A stretch of DNA of 36,763 nucleotides, taken from IMG/VR virus record IMGVR_UViG_3300027734_000164, positions 1-36,763 of that record; one strand, given 5' to 3'. Each line of letters opens with the position of its first letter. The stretch's first letter is position 1. The translations under genes were made by a program, and so were the position numbers. The notes under the pieces are model-generated. The model had not been told where the DNA came from, did no database searches, and saw only the letters and a list, made by a program, of their open reading frames with translations. Positions 7,688 through 17,222 of this stretch are shown piece after piece. The DNA is from a virus (Duplodnaviria; Caudoviricetes).

Positions 7688-7918
7688 TTAGTTCCTGCCC
7701 CACCATTTTGGCTCTGGCTCAAGCATGGACTCTGCCCTGGCAATCATCCTGTTATTGTGCTTGATTTCAGCATCCAGCCTTTGCAGTTCTTGGGCTACAA
7801 GCATAACAAATCTTTCCCTGTATTGCTCTTGCTCTTGCATGGCATTACCAAGTCTGTTCAGCAGAACAACCAGGCACAGGCCGCCAAAGCCAAGGATGAT
7901 TGCAAGAATTATTTGCAC
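7688..7918 (-). CDS. Membrane-anchored coiled-coil protein
   Basis: N-terminal transmembrane helix then heptad-rich segment. Confidence 0.65.
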   Translation of the reverse strand: MQIILAIILGFGGLCLVVLLNRLGNAMQEQEQYRERFVMLVAQELQRLDAEIKHNNRMIARAESMLEPEPKWWGRN

Positions 7919-7998
7919 AGGTAATCAACCCAGGAATAAATCCCAGCACCAATAAACATTCCAAGTAAAATTAAGAAATAAGCTTTTGCAATTTTCAT
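7909..7998 (-). CDS. Small membrane peptide (29 aa, not in ORF track)
   Basis: MKIAKAYFLILLGMFIGAGIYSWVDYLCK after AAAGGAACAC and a promoter. Confidence 0.6.
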   Translation of the reverse strand: MKIAKAYFLILLGMFIGAGIYSWVDYLCK

Positions 7999-8014
7999 AG
8001 TGTGTTCCTTTGTT

Positions 8015-8042
8015 GTTCTAGGGTTTGTGGTTAATGTGTCAA
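8015..8042 (-). promoter_or_regulatory. Sigma70-like promoter TTGACA-N16-TAGAAC
   Basis: Intergenic; shares its architecture with two other sites. Confidence 0.65.
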
Positions 8043-8049
8043 TGAATTA

Positions 8050-8496
8050 TTAGGCCTTAATATAATAGCCATATACACACCTTGTGCCATCCCTGGTGCA
8101 ATCGTGTGTATCATTTACAATTCCATCTACTACAGCGGCGAAGTGACGGGTCACTCTGCATATAATTCTGCCCATAGGAAGCTCACTGGATTTTAAATGG
8201 GTTTGGCATCCAGTGCCAATGCCCATTGTTGCAACCCACTTCCAGCCTTTTGACTTTAGGTAAGACCTAAGATGCTGGTGAAAGATTCCAGTGTCTGGGG
8301 TATATTTACCATTGCTTGCAATCTTGGCCTGTCTCTTCTTGGCCAGGGGCTCATCCTTCATCAGCCTCCAAATCTCTTCCCAAACAATGCTGTAGGGAAG
8401 TTCCAATGCTATTGCCACTGCCCTGGCACCGCAGTCCCTGGCCTCACCCTTGTAGCCAGCTTCTTTTCTGCCACCATCATTGTATGTCCAGTTCAT
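8050..8496 (-). CDS. Papain-fold (C39-like) early protein
   Basis: DCGARAVAIA ... RHFAAVVDG.VND gives a Cys-His-Asp arrangement. Confidence 0.6.
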   Translation of the reverse strand: MNWTYNDGGRKEAGYKGEARDCGARAVAIALELPYSIVWEEIWRLMKDEPLAKKRQAKIASNGKYTPDTGIFHQHLRSYLKSKGWKWVATMGIGTGCQTHLKSSELPMGRIICRVTRHFAAVVDGIVNDTHDCTRDGTRCVYGYYIKA

Positions 8497-8516
8497 ATAG
8501 GATTTCCTTTCTTGAT

Positions 8517-8690
8517 TTATATTTTAGAAAGTATTTCTGTTAAGGCTTGAGCATATCCCTTGGCGTGTCCCAAATCCTCGCTACTTTGATTTGCCTCTCC
8601 ATCAATAATGTAGGTTTTTAGTTTTGGGATTTCTGCCTCTGCCTCTGCTTTGTATTGCTCCATCAGTTCTTTAAGTTCTTTTATAGTCAT
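8517..8690 (-). CDS. Hypothetical early protein (57 aa, not in ORF track)
   Basis: MTIKELKELMEQYKAEAEAEIPKLK...LTEILSKI; AAATCCT directly before ATG. Confidence 0.65.
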   Translation of the reverse strand: MTIKELKELMEQYKAEAEAEIPKLKTYIIDGEANQSSEDLGHAKGYAQALTEILSKI

Positions 8691-8716
8691 AGGATTTATT
8701 TCTTTCTTGGTTGGGG

Positions 8717-9043
8717 TTAGCTTTTGTTGGGTAGGTTGGCAAAGATTGCCCTCACTCCCTCTTCAGTCATAAAGATGATTTTGTTTTCCTCTTGCATTGG
8801 GTCATAGATAAGCCCCTTCTTGCAGAGGCTACCAATCACTCCAGCGGCCTGGTGCTTGCCACCACAAATCTTGTGGGCATCTTTCAAATCACAATTGCTG
8901 TAGTTATCAGACAACTGGCTTTGAATGTTGTCGTAATTCAAACAGGCAAACAAAATATCAATCTCTAGGTTGGTTAAGGAAATGTTGCCCTCTTGCACCT
9001 GGGCAATGTTGGTGTTGGTGTTTGTTGTTTCTTGCATACCCAC
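8717..9043 (-). CDS. Winged-helix early protein
   Basis: LTNLEIDIL...AAGVIGSLCKKGLI...MTEEG; first gene after a promoter. Confidence 0.65.
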   Translation of the reverse strand: MGMQETTNTNTNIAQVQEGNISLTNLEIDILFACLNYDNIQSQLSDNYSNCDLKDAHKICGGKHQAAGVIGSLCKKGLIYDPMQEENKIIFMTEEGVRAIFANLPNKS

Positions 9044-9071
9044 AATCTAATCTATGTTGAGGGTTTGTCAA
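9044..9071 (-). promoter_or_regulatory. Early promoter TTGACA-N16-TAGATT
   Basis: At the late/early boundary; IHF-like TAAGTTATTGATG at 9101..9113 upstream. Confidence 0.65.
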
Positions 9072-9110
9072 TGGTTTTTCTTCAGGAGGATTGCATTGAC
9101 CATCAATAAC

Positions 9111-9401
9111 TTATAGAGCCTTGCCTAATTTATAATGGATGATTGGTGTGACTCTGCGACCAGAACCATCAAAAACTCTGAACACCTTTTTCTCTATGTA
9201 GCCATCATGAGTCATCCTCTGAAGAAGTTTGTTTCTTTGCCCAGAGGCAACTCCATTCAATCCCATTTTTCTTAAAGCAACATCTCCAGTAATCCAGCCA
9301 GGTGGAACTTGCTCCTGTTGTTTTGAAAGAAATCTGTGAAGTGTCTCTGCCCACTCACCCTTAAACTCCATCTTTGACCATGATGTTTTTTTTGCTTTCA
9401 T
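9111..9401 (-). CDS. Hypothetical basic protein (possible wHTH)
   Basis: VPPGWIT...LLQRMTHDGYIEKK. Confidence 0.65.
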   Translation of the reverse strand: MKAKKTSWSKMEFKGEWAETLHRFLSKQQEQVPPGWITGDVALRKMGLNGVASGQRNKLLQRMTHDGYIEKKVFRVFDGSGRRVTPIIHYKLGKAL

Positions 9402-10135
9402 AATGGGAACCTCCACTCTCCACTGCCTGTTGGTGAAAGAACATTAACGATGCAATCCTTATCATTGTATTCACCCCAAGCAATTCCATGTTGCCACCTG
9501 GTGATACTTCTATTTCTTCTGGCATAATTCATTGAATCAACATTGGCCAAGCATCCAATTGTCCAGCCCACTGGAGCCCCAACACTTCTTCCAGCTGATC
9601 TGTCCACCCTGTGCAGATGCCCAATCACAACGGGCTTCTTCATCATCTCTACATGGTCGCGGACGGCGTGCTCATTGAACATCCAGCCATGCCCAAACAA
9701 TGTTCCACCATATTCTCTCCAGCCTTTCATAATGTCGTATTGGACAATCTCTGCTCTTAAATCTTTGCAGACCTGGTGAAGGTCAGCCAAGCAACTGGTG
9801 GCACAATGAGCCAGGATTGCATTGGGAGAATACTGATGCTCGTAAACTCTATGCTCGTGATTGCCTACAAAAAATACATTTGGCTCTAATAACCTTAAAA
9901 AGTTTATGCCCGCATTAAAGTCCTCTGAGATGCTGGCGGCTCTGTCTGCTGAGTCTGGAGACCTCATTGCTCCAGCCCTAAAAGCGGCCAGGTCGATGGC
10001 ATCACCTAGGTGCAGTGTAAGGTCTGGCTTCCATCTCTTCTTAAATTCAAGCACCGCCCTGGTGGCCTTGGCATCAGCCAGGTGACCATGGGAGCATGAA
10101 ACAGCAAGGAACTTCTTAAATTTTTGCGCCATCAT
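9398..10135 (-). CDS. Calcineurin-like metallophosphoesterase
   Basis: SCSHG, LGDAID, GNHE, HG and GHLH motifs. Confidence 0.9.
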   Translation of the reverse strand: MMAQKFKKFLAVSCSHGHLADAKATRAVLEFKKRWKPDLTLHLGDAIDLAAFRAGAMRSPDSADRAASISEDFNAGINFLRLLEPNVFFVGNHEHRVYEHQYSPNAILAHCATSCLADLHQVCKDLRAEIVQYDIMKGWREYGGTLFGHGWMFNEHAVRDHVEMMKKPVVIGHLHRVDRSAGRSVGAPVGWTIGCLANVDSMNYARRNRSITRWQHGIAWGEYNDKDCIVNVLSPTGSGEWRFPL

Positions 10136-10478
10136 CTCTACCTGTAATTACATACCAGATGGTTCTGCAATTCTCTCTGGCAGTTAAGGCACAGACTGAA
10201 TCGTCTTTCATTCCCTCATAAGCAAGTTCCATTATGATTCTCATTTGCTGTCGTAGGGTGAAAAGATAGGTCAGTTGGTCTGTGGCTTCCTCAAGTGAGG
10301 ATTCAACAATCTTTCCTGTTGGCATTCCCCATAGGTTTCCACCATGCTCGGCTTGACCTCTGCGATACTTCGATTCAAGCATCTCACCTGCGGCTAGTTT
10401 GATTTGCTGAAGGTGCTGGGAATGGCTGGGTGTGAATTGATTATCAGCCACAATACCAATGCTCTTTGTCATGCTCAA
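10116..10478 (-). CDS. All-alpha NTP pyrophosphatase-like protein (MazG-like fold)
   Basis: KYRRGQAEHGG...EEATDQLTYL (EExxD). Confidence 0.5.
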   Translation of the reverse strand: MSMTKSIGIVADNQFTPSHSQHLQQIKLAAGEMLESKYRRGQAEHGGNLWGMPTGKIVESSLEEATDQLTYLFTLRQQMRIIMELAYEGMKDDSVCALTARENCRTIWYVITGRDDGAKI

Positions 10479-10981
10479 CGACTAGACCATGGATTCTTTT
10501 TGGCAATGGAGGAGATTTTTTTATCCACAACCTTTTGGATTTCTTTCTTTGGAATTGAAACAAGCTCCCTCCACCCAGAAACATTGGCGTCCTCAAAGTG
10601 TGGGGTCTCCCATTCTAAAAATCTTAGGCCATGCTTCTCACCTATTTTCCTCATGATGCCATAGGTAAGTTCATCATCCCAAGCTGTAAAGTATTCACCA
10701 GTGGAAGAGCGTGCCAAGGGAACAGCATCAATGGCCTTGCCGTGGATGTGCAGACTCTGTGCTGGTTTTCCCCTGGCATTGGTAACCTTAGTTCCTGGCT
10801 TGGTTCGCCCCCTAGAATAGAGTTCTTCCTGCTCCTCTGGTGTTCTTACTGAGCAGTAGATAAGCACTGGTATTTTCTTTTCCAGTAGCTCTGAATACCA
10901 CTTTGCCACCCTGGCTCCAAAGGTAGCCTCTAATCGTTCTATATGCCCCCTGGAGCGTTCAGCCGCCTCCCTTAGGGTCAT
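10475..10981 (-). CDS. Endolysin, M15 family L-Ala-D-Glu peptidase
   Basis: RTPEEQEELYSRGRT...VTNA...SLHIHGKAID...ETPHFE. Confidence 0.92.
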   Translation of the reverse strand: MTLREAAERSRGHIERLEATFGARVAKWYSELLEKKIPVLIYCSVRTPEEQEELYSRGRTKPGTKVTNARGKPAQSLHIHGKAIDAVPLARSSTGEYFTAWDDELTYGIMRKIGEKHGLRFLEWETPHFEDANVSGWRELVSIPKKEIQKVVDKKISSIAKKNPWSSR

Positions 10982-11226
10982 TGTTCCTCAAGCCTTGATT
11001 TATATCGTTCTGCTTCCTCCAGGCTTCTAGATAAAGCTTTGAGCGTCTGCGCAAACAATTGTCTGTATTCTTCTTGGGTAGCTTTGGTTCTGTCCAGCTT
11101 GTCCCATTGCATGATGAAGTCTGAGATTGAGTCTTTGTGCGGTGCTTGGCCAATGTCGTATGGCTGTGTTGTTGCACACCCAACCAGGGTGCTAACGACG
11201 ATGAATCCAAGAATCCACTTCAGCAT
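10978..11226 (-). CDS. Outer-membrane lipoprotein, o-spanin (Rz1-like)
   Basis: MLKWILGFIVVSTLVG-C lipobox; overlaps the i-spanin 3' end. Confidence 0.75.
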   Translation of the reverse strand: MLKWILGFIVVSTLVGCATTQPYDIGQAPHKDSISDFIMQWDKLDRTKATQEEYRQLFAQTLKALSRSLEEAERYKSRLEEQ

Positions 11227-11353
11227 CTCTAAGGGAACGCCTGTAAGCAATTTGTTCATCATCCCTCTCCCTCCTGGTCTTTAGTCTATTTTTAATCCAC
11301 CACCCACCAACACCAACCAACCCTGCAACAATGGCAAGGATTGAAGTAATCAT
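11192..11353 (-). CDS. i-spanin-like protein (53 aa, not in ORF track)
   Basis: MITSILAIVAGLVGVGGWWIKNRLKTRRERDDEQ...; N-terminal TM plus charged helix. Confidence 0.7.
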   Translation of the reverse strand: MITSILAIVAGLVGVGGWWIKNRLKTRRERDDEQIAYRRSLRDAEVDSWIHRR

Positions 11354-11515
11354 TTAGTCGATGTGGAGTCCGAGGGTCTTTAGAACTGAAACAATCTTTT
11401 CCAGGACGCTGTCATCTGCTGGCGTTGGGGTCAGCTTCACTACGATACGAGCCAGGACAATCACTGCACCCACAACCGCCATGATATTTGCAAAGTTTTC
11501 AGTAATCCAGTTCAT
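11354..11515 (-). CDS. Holin-like protein (53 aa, not in ORF track)
   Basis: MNWITENFANIMAVVGAVIVLARIVVKLTPTPADDSVLEKIV...; first gene of the lysis cassette. Confidence 0.7.
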   Translation of the reverse strand: MNWITENFANIMAVVGAVIVLARIVVKLTPTPADDSVLEKIVSVLKTLGLHID

Positions 11516-11525
11516 GCCTTGTGCA

Positions 11526-12173
11526 TTATGTCAAGGGTTCACCAGTAGAAGTGTTGTAGGTTCCACCATAAGACCAGTATTCACTAGCTACGATTGTAGA
11601 TGTAAAGTCTGTAATTAGAGGAGTTGGGCCGGGAGGAGAATAAAATCTGGTATAATAAACTTTTTGTTCACCTGTCGTATAAACTTGAAATCCATTTAAG
11701 GTGAATGGTTCTATTGTATATGGGTCGCCCTCAACACCAAGAAGAACGCCAGCCCGATCATCTTGGTCTGTTTGAAAATATACATCCAGATAAAGACGAA
11801 CAAGAGGCTGGGTTGGCGATGAATTGAAATAAAAATCAGCACCTCTATATCCAAGGTTAATCTCCACAATCGCACCAGTATAGCTTATGTTGTCTTGATA
11901 ATTATAATTGCAAAGAAGGCTCGCTTCTTCTGATGCCAAAGATGTTTGCGTTCCGTTCCAAGTAACTATTTCTGGATAGGCTGGGTCATTAAAAACATAA
12001 GTAGTAAATGAACCAGATACAGAAAGTTTTCTTACTCTCCAATAGAGTTTCATCATTTCAGACAATGTTCCTTGAACATATTGACCCGTAGTAATTCCAC
12101 AAGGAACATACCCACCAGCCTCGGAGTCGTAATGACTAAATGGGAATGGTTGGGCAGTTAAGATTTTACCCAT
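11526..12173 (-). CDS. Putative tail tip/receptor-binding accessory protein
   Basis: Follows the fibre gene; aromatic and beta-rich; composition differs from the backbone. Confidence 0.55.
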   Translation of the reverse strand: MGKILTAQPFPFSHYDSEAGGYVPCGITTGQYVQGTLSEMMKLYWRVRKLSVSGSFTTYVFNDPAYPEIVTWNGTQTSLASEEASLLCNYNYQDNISYTGAIVEINLGYRGADFYFNSSPTQPLVRLYLDVYFQTDQDDRAGVLLGVEGDPYTIEPFTLNGFQVYTTGEQKVYYTRFYSPPGPTPLITDFTSTIVASEYWSYGGTYNTSTGEPLT

Positions 12174-12199
12174 AGGATTTCAGCCTTTCGGCTCTCGGC

Positions 12200-13903
12200 T
12201 TAATAGCCGATGACGGAGATTCGGTAAGTGGCCGTGTTCACATCCCTAGAAACGCTATCTGCATTTACACAAGATAAGCAAACAACATTTGGAGCATAGA
12301 CAACCCCTTGAATAATTGCACCTGCTGAAATTGCAGAAGGTAAGCCAACCAAAACTATGTCGTTCACAGCCGCACCAGTAATAACTACATCCCTATAATG
12401 CTGATCGTTGCTAGCTAGCGTTCCAAATGAAACAGATGTTAGCGTAGTAATGGTTCTTGGAGATTGTGGAAACACTCCGTAGGTTGTCCCATTTGCTATC
12501 AATCCCACATTGATTAGGCCAGAAACAACATTGATATTTGCGGGTTGTGTGATTGGGGTGGAGCCATAGAAGGCAATCTTTGAAGCCGTGCTAACCCCAA
12601 TCTTTGTTCCAGTTGTTGTGCCTACTCCCAAATTATATCCATCAGAAATTGTGATGGCAGTTCCAGAAAGGTCTAGGATTGTTGAGCCAGTTCCAATGCT
12701 ATTGTTCTGCCAATCTAGAAAGGCCGTTCCATAGCTATTGTATAGCTTGCGGTTTGTGGCATCGACATTGGCAGTTGAGTCCTCTACAAATAGGGCATTG
12801 GCTTCGGCCTTGGTGTAATACGATGCTTGATCAGCAGGGACTACAGCACCTGTGGTGATAAGATCACGTCGAACATTGATTGTTCCCTGGTAGATCGTCT
12901 TGGGGGTTCCACCCTGAGTAAGCTCAATTTCAATGGTGGGGGTAATCGTATCAGTTCCAGCTTCGGCAAATAGCTCGTCGAGCTCTGCCGTGGCCATTGT
13001 AACTGATGTGCCTAGATAGTTTCCATATATAACACCAGTGGAATCAAGAACCAATTGATAGGGCAATGCCTGTGAGCCAAGAGCCTGGACAAATGAAATT
13101 GAATAGTCTCCAGAGTTATTTCCAGAATCTACAGAGACATTGTTTGCACCAATTCCAGTAACTGCTGTTAATGCTTCAGCAAAGCTTGCGGCACTTGCAC
13201 CAATTGCAATAGCTGTAGTTGTATTGTTATTGTAAGACAGGACAATTGAGCCGCCTTCTGCATCTGAACCAATTGCCAAGTTATAGGTTTCATTCCTTGG
13301 GAATGTGGTAGAGCCAACCTGGGTTCTATTCAAAGACACAACACCAGAGACTGAAGATGCTGTGAAGCTATCAGAATAAACAGCAGGGTTTCTACGAAGC
13401 TTGACTACTTGCTGTGCTTGAACGCTGGCTGAAGGATAACGCCTGGTGCTGATAATAACAGAGCTAGTTGGGAAAAGTGTGAAGCTTGAGCCACCAAAAG
13501 ACATGGCTGTATTTGGCTGGGTTGCTGTAAGCAGATAGGCATCTGGCTCCAGGCCATAAACTCCACAGGTAGAAACATTATTGGAGACTGCTGTATAGAT
13601 TCTTGAGGCAACCGTAGCCTCATCAGAACTCCAGGTAATGGCATTGGATGTTACAGAATTGATTACCAGCTTAAATGCTCCATCGCTAGGGCCGTCATCA
13701 ATGCCACCAATGCCAAGCTTTAATGAAGCCCCCGTGGTATCTAAATCACGAAGAAAGTTGTTTGTGTCCCTCTCTTGGAGACGCACACGGAAGTTATAGG
13801 TGTCGTTCCTGGTGAATGTAGGCAGAACTCCATTCTTAACAGAGCCAGCCGCCACCAGGGTTCCATTGGTAACATCAATAAAGAAGTCGATGTTTTGAGC
13901 CAT
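12200..13903 (-). CDS. Tail fibre/baseplate upper protein
   Basis: 567 aa, S/T/G-rich; BppU-like N-terminus (PTFTRNDTYNFRVRL); position at the end of the tail module. Confidence 0.7.
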   Translation of the reverse strand: MAQNIDFFIDVTNGTLVAAGSVKNGVLPTFTRNDTYNFRVRLQERDTNNFLRDLDTTGASLKLGIGGIDDGPSDGAFKLVINSVTSNAITWSSDEATVASRIYTAVSNNVSTCGVYGLEPDAYLLTATQPNTAMSFGGSSFTLFPTSSVIISTRRYPSASVQAQQVVKLRRNPAVYSDSFTASSVSGVVSLNRTQVGSTTFPRNETYNLAIGSDAEGGSIVLSYNNNTTTAIAIGASAASFAEALTAVTGIGANNVSVDSGNNSGDYSISFVQALGSQALPYQLVLDSTGVIYGNYLGTSVTMATAELDELFAEAGTDTITPTIEIELTQGGTPKTIYQGTINVRRDLITTGAVVPADQASYYTKAEANALFVEDSTANVDATNRKLYNSYGTAFLDWQNNSIGTGSTILDLSGTAITISDGYNLGVGTTTGTKIGVSTASKIAFYGSTPITQPANINVVSGLINVGLIANGTTYGVFPQSPRTITTLTSVSFGTLASNDQHYRDVVITGAAVNDIVLVGLPSAISAGAIIQGVVYAPNVVCLSCVNADSVSRDVNTATYRISVIGY

Positions 13904-13926
13904 TTTAAGTGCCTCCTATGTCAATG

Positions 13927-14187
13927 CTAGACAGACGGGCCATAAACTTGAATTGTGGCTGGGGTTCCATTTGAGCAAACATTAAGGTCAATGACTCGCA
14001 AGCCAAGGCTTCCAGCACCAATTCCGCCAGATACTGCAATCTGAATGCCATCTTCTTTTTCAATTAAGGCAATGCCAGTTCCAGCTATTGGCTTTGTGCA
14101 TTCAATTCTTCTGATAATGCTATTAAAGAATCCTAGAGCTAGTCTGCAATCACCACTTAATTCTGTTAGCCTTGGTTCTTTTGTCAT
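13927..14187 (-). CDS. Tail tip protein
   Basis: KPIAGTGIAL motif; position. Confidence 0.55.
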   Translation of the reverse strand: MTKEPRLTELSGDCRLALGFFNSIIRRIECTKPIAGTGIALIEKEDGIQIAVSGGIGAGSLGLRVIDLNVCSNGTPATIQVYGPSV

Positions 14188-14882
14188 ACTTGTGTTGCAT
14201 AGGCAAATGCACCAATGCCAAATTGTTTCTCTTTGAATACTGCCTTAGCCACGAGGAATTGACCCCTTCTTGTGGAGTCTATGCTATCCATGCAGTATCC
14301 AAAGTAAGTTATATTTCCAGCATTACTTTTTTGAACAATTCCAATTGGTCTTGGCTGGCTTGGAAGAGTAAGTCCATTAAGCTCTGTTGGCATTGTAATA
14401 AATCTTCCATACCCAACATTTGTGAACTGCTGGGTTGCTGGAATACCCTTTACAAGCTGACCAACAGCAAACTCACTCTCAACTAGGTCTGTTACAAACT
14501 CAATTTCAATAGTCAATGGCGGGCCATAGATGCCAGCACCAGTGGTTGGAATCTGTCTTACAACAGGCTTTGGCAATCCACTTGAGCTAGTTAGGCCAGC
14601 ATAGCCCACAGACATTGTAGTTAATCCACCATCATTCTCATCAAATGTAATTGTCTCAACTGCCATCCTTGCATATTTTGTTGTGGCAGATGAAAAAGAT
14701 GCATGAGTTGTATCTTTTTCTGGAGCAAGAATTGCCCTATCAGCAGTTCTGATTATATAGTTTTCAGTAATAGTTTCCAAGCCATTGATGTCTCTTTGGA
14801 AGTTTTGCCTTTGCAAGACTTTTGCATTTAGAGTTTGTGAAGAGGATGCTGATACAGGGTAGCCAACAATAACTGCACTCAT
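14184..14882 (-). CDS. Distal tail/hub-like protein
   Basis: Directly after the tape measure gene; beta-rich. Confidence 0.55.
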   Translation of the reverse strand: MSAVIVGYPVSASSSQTLNAKVLQRQNFQRDINGLETITENYIIRTADRAILAPEKDTTHASFSSATTKYARMAVETITFDENDGGLTTMSVGYAGLTSSSGLPKPVVRQIPTTGAGIYGPPLTIEIEFVTDLVESEFAVGQLVKGIPATQQFTNVGYGRFITMPTELNGLTLPSQPRPIGIVQKSNAGNITYFGYCMDSIDSTRRGQFLVAKAVFKEKQFGIGAFAYATQV

Positions 14883-16294
14883 TTAGAACCTCCAGCCGCA
14901 GATGTTACAATTGGGGCTTGTGTTACTTTAACAAGAATGTCCTCAATGTTCTTCATAATATCTGGGGCTCCCTGTTTATTGCTTGCCATAACAGCCTCTG
15001 ACCTGCTTCTTGCAACCTGTGCTGGTTCAATACCAGCCGCAGTTCCGGCAAGTCTATCTGCAAGAGTTGGCATCTCTGTGGCCGCCGCCCTGGTTGCCAT
15101 TCTAACCCTAACATCTTGCATGGTTACTTTTTTGTTTTCAGCCTTAGAAAGTCTTTCAGCCTCTGAAGTTAATATTGTCTCTTGAGTCTTAAAATCTTCT
15201 TGAGGATTCTGTTGTTTCCTCATCTTCCTGGCTTGGTCTAAAGCCTGGGAGCCGGCCTTGGATGCCAGCAGAACACCAATATCTCCACCAACGGTTTCCT
15301 CAGTATCTTTCTTTGCCTGTGCATCTTGTTCTTTGATCTTTTCAATTGCCTTTTTGGATGCCTCTATAAGCTTTTTGTTTGCCTCTTCAGCGGCCCTTAT
15401 CTTCTCTTCTTGAGCATCTTTGAAGTCCTTAACTCCCTTATCAAATAATGCTTCTTCTTGCTTAATTAAACTATCTGTAATTCTAATTGAAAGTCTTGCA
15501 GACTCCTCATCAGTTTTCTTTTTCTCTTCAGCAATCTTTTTGTCTGTCTCTTTGGCTTTTTTAAGCCTTAATCCTCTAAGCTTATCTGCCTGTTCTTCCC
15601 TTGCTAGTTCAGCCTGTTCTAGCTTCTGTTGTGCAGTAAGTGCATCATTGCTTTCAATTTGTCCAAGCTTTTTCCTTGTCTCAATGTTGATCTTGAATAC
15701 TTCAGCCATTTCATCATCCAAATCCATGATGATCTTTTGCTGGGCAATTCTCTCTGCCTCTTGCTGAGTAAGCTTATCTCCAAGTGCAATCCTAGTTTCA
15801 ACAGCCTTAACAAATGCCTTGGCCGCTTTGTCTGCATCATCATTAAAGAAGAAGGCGGCAATAGAGTTCATTGCACCCTGTTTGCCAATTGCATTCTTGC
15901 TTTCATTGATTGCAGTTGTTAGTGACTGCATCTTTTGAGTGGTTCCTTCAATGCTATCTCCAGCCTTGGCTCCAACTGCCTTATTGAGAGTCTCTGCAAG
16001 CTTGTCTGATTCTTCCTGGGCATCAATTAGTCCCCTGGTCATCTTATCAATTGCAAGATATGCGGCCACCCCAAGCCCACCAAAACCAGCCGCAGATGCC
16101 AACCCCTTGACTACTTTTCCTAAGGACAATCCCCTTGCTCCAGCCTGTAATATGCTTTTGGCAAGACTATCCATGCCAACACTTGTCCTCTGAGATTCAG
16201 CCCTAAGGCTTGCTAGATATGCCCTAAGTCTATCTACATTCTGCCCAGATTTCTGGGTATGAATTAGTAACTCTCCTTCTGCGACCTTCTTCAT
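14879..16294 (-). CDS. Tape measure protein (short, 471 aa)
   Basis: A/K/E-rich helical protein with one hydrophobic Gly/Ala segment; downstream of the chaperones. Confidence 0.8.
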   Translation of the reverse strand: MKKVAEGELLIHTQKSGQNVDRLRAYLASLRAESQRTSVGMDSLAKSILQAGARGLSLGKVVKGLASAAGFGGLGVAAYLAIDKMTRGLIDAQEESDKLAETLNKAVGAKAGDSIEGTTQKMQSLTTAINESKNAIGKQGAMNSIAAFFFNDDADKAAKAFVKAVETRIALGDKLTQQEAERIAQQKIIMDLDDEMAEVFKINIETRKKLGQIESNDALTAQQKLEQAELAREEQADKLRGLRLKKAKETDKKIAEEKKKTDEESARLSIRITDSLIKQEEALFDKGVKDFKDAQEEKIRAAEEANKKLIEASKKAIEKIKEQDAQAKKDTEETVGGDIGVLLASKAGSQALDQARKMRKQQNPQEDFKTQETILTSEAERLSKAENKKVTMQDVRVRMATRAAATEMPTLADRLAGTAAGIEPAQVARSRSEAVMASNKQGAPDIMKNIEDILVKVTQAPIVTSAAGGSK

Positions 16295-17010
16295 GACATT
16301 AAGCTCTTGTCAGCCCTCTCCTGTATTTTTCTAAAGATATAGACCATCATGTCCTCTGTCTCTTCATCTACAGCCTTTTGCAGTGCTGTATTTAACCTGG
16401 TTTCAATTGAAACCGGCCCCCTTGCAAATGTCCTTGGGTTGGCTGTTGAGTAAAAATAGGTTCTCATGGTTTCACCTGGAGTTGCTTTTACTCCACCACC
16501 AAAGCTGGCAGTTCCCTTTTTGCCCCTTAATTTTGCAGAGTCCTTTGCCCCTCCAGATTGCTTAAAAACTCTAAGTGCTGGCAACCAACCAGATTTCAAA
16601 TACCCAACTGCACTGCCCAGGGCTTTGAATGTTTTCCTTATATATGCCTTCATTGATGCTCCACCCAATCCACCACCAGGAGGGTTGCCTGTTGGCCTTC
16701 TGCCAAGCCTTATATTCCTTCTGTAATTGGCTATTCTGTAGCCATCCATAGTTCCATGAATAACTTTTTGCCTTGGTTTGGTAATCTTAGTTATGCCTGT
16801 TTTCTTGTTTGTTCTTGCCCTCATCACCGTTGCAGTCCTAGAGAAGAACGACCTTAGAGCCCCAAGGCTGGCCTTTTCTGTATTAACAATGGCCTTCATG
16901 AGGATATTGGCTGAACGCCTATTAAGCTCATTGGTTATGTCTTTCCTGGCCAATGGAACATATTGCTCCAACCTTCTTTCAAATTGTCTGGTATCTAGTT
17001 TGAAGCTCAT
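16291..17010 (-). CDS. Basic neck/tail completion protein (HK97 gp10-like)
   Basis: FKLDTRQFERRL N-terminus, GYLKSGW. Confidence 0.55.
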   Translation of the reverse strand: MSFKLDTRQFERRLEQYVPLARKDITNELNRRSANILMKAIVNTEKASLGALRSFFSRTATVMRARTNKKTGITKITKPRQKVIHGTMDGYRIANYRRNIRLGRRPTGNPPGGGLGGASMKAYIRKTFKALGSAVGYLKSGWLPALRVFKQSGGAKDSAKLRGKKGTASFGGGVKATPGETMRTYFYSTANPRTFARGPVSIETRLNTALQKAVDEETEDMMVYIFRKIQERADKSLMS

Positions 17011-17222
17011 AAGCCTAATTGTTTTTCAAGGTCTTTAATGCTTGAAGCCTTCAAATAGCCCCTCCTTCTCAACTTAACTCCAGACATCCACAGGTGAACA
17101 TGGTTTGCTTGGTGGAATAAGCTAATTGGAAGCTCCCACATAATGTAATCAATGCTCCAGCCTGTCCTTTGTGCCAACGAGAATACAGAAGCCGCTATGC
17201 CCGTTGGCGGGGTCAGTTTCCC
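17007..17222 (-). CDS. gpT-like extension of the tail chaperone, read via -1 frameshift
   Basis: Open -1 frame GKLTPPTGIAASVFSLAQRTGWSIDYIMWELP...LEKQLGL; its stop overlaps the next ATG. Confidence 0.85.
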   Translation of the reverse strand, partial: GKLTPPTGIAASVFSLAQRTGWSIDYIMWELPISLFHQANHVHLWMSGVKLRRRGYLKASSIKDLEKQLGL

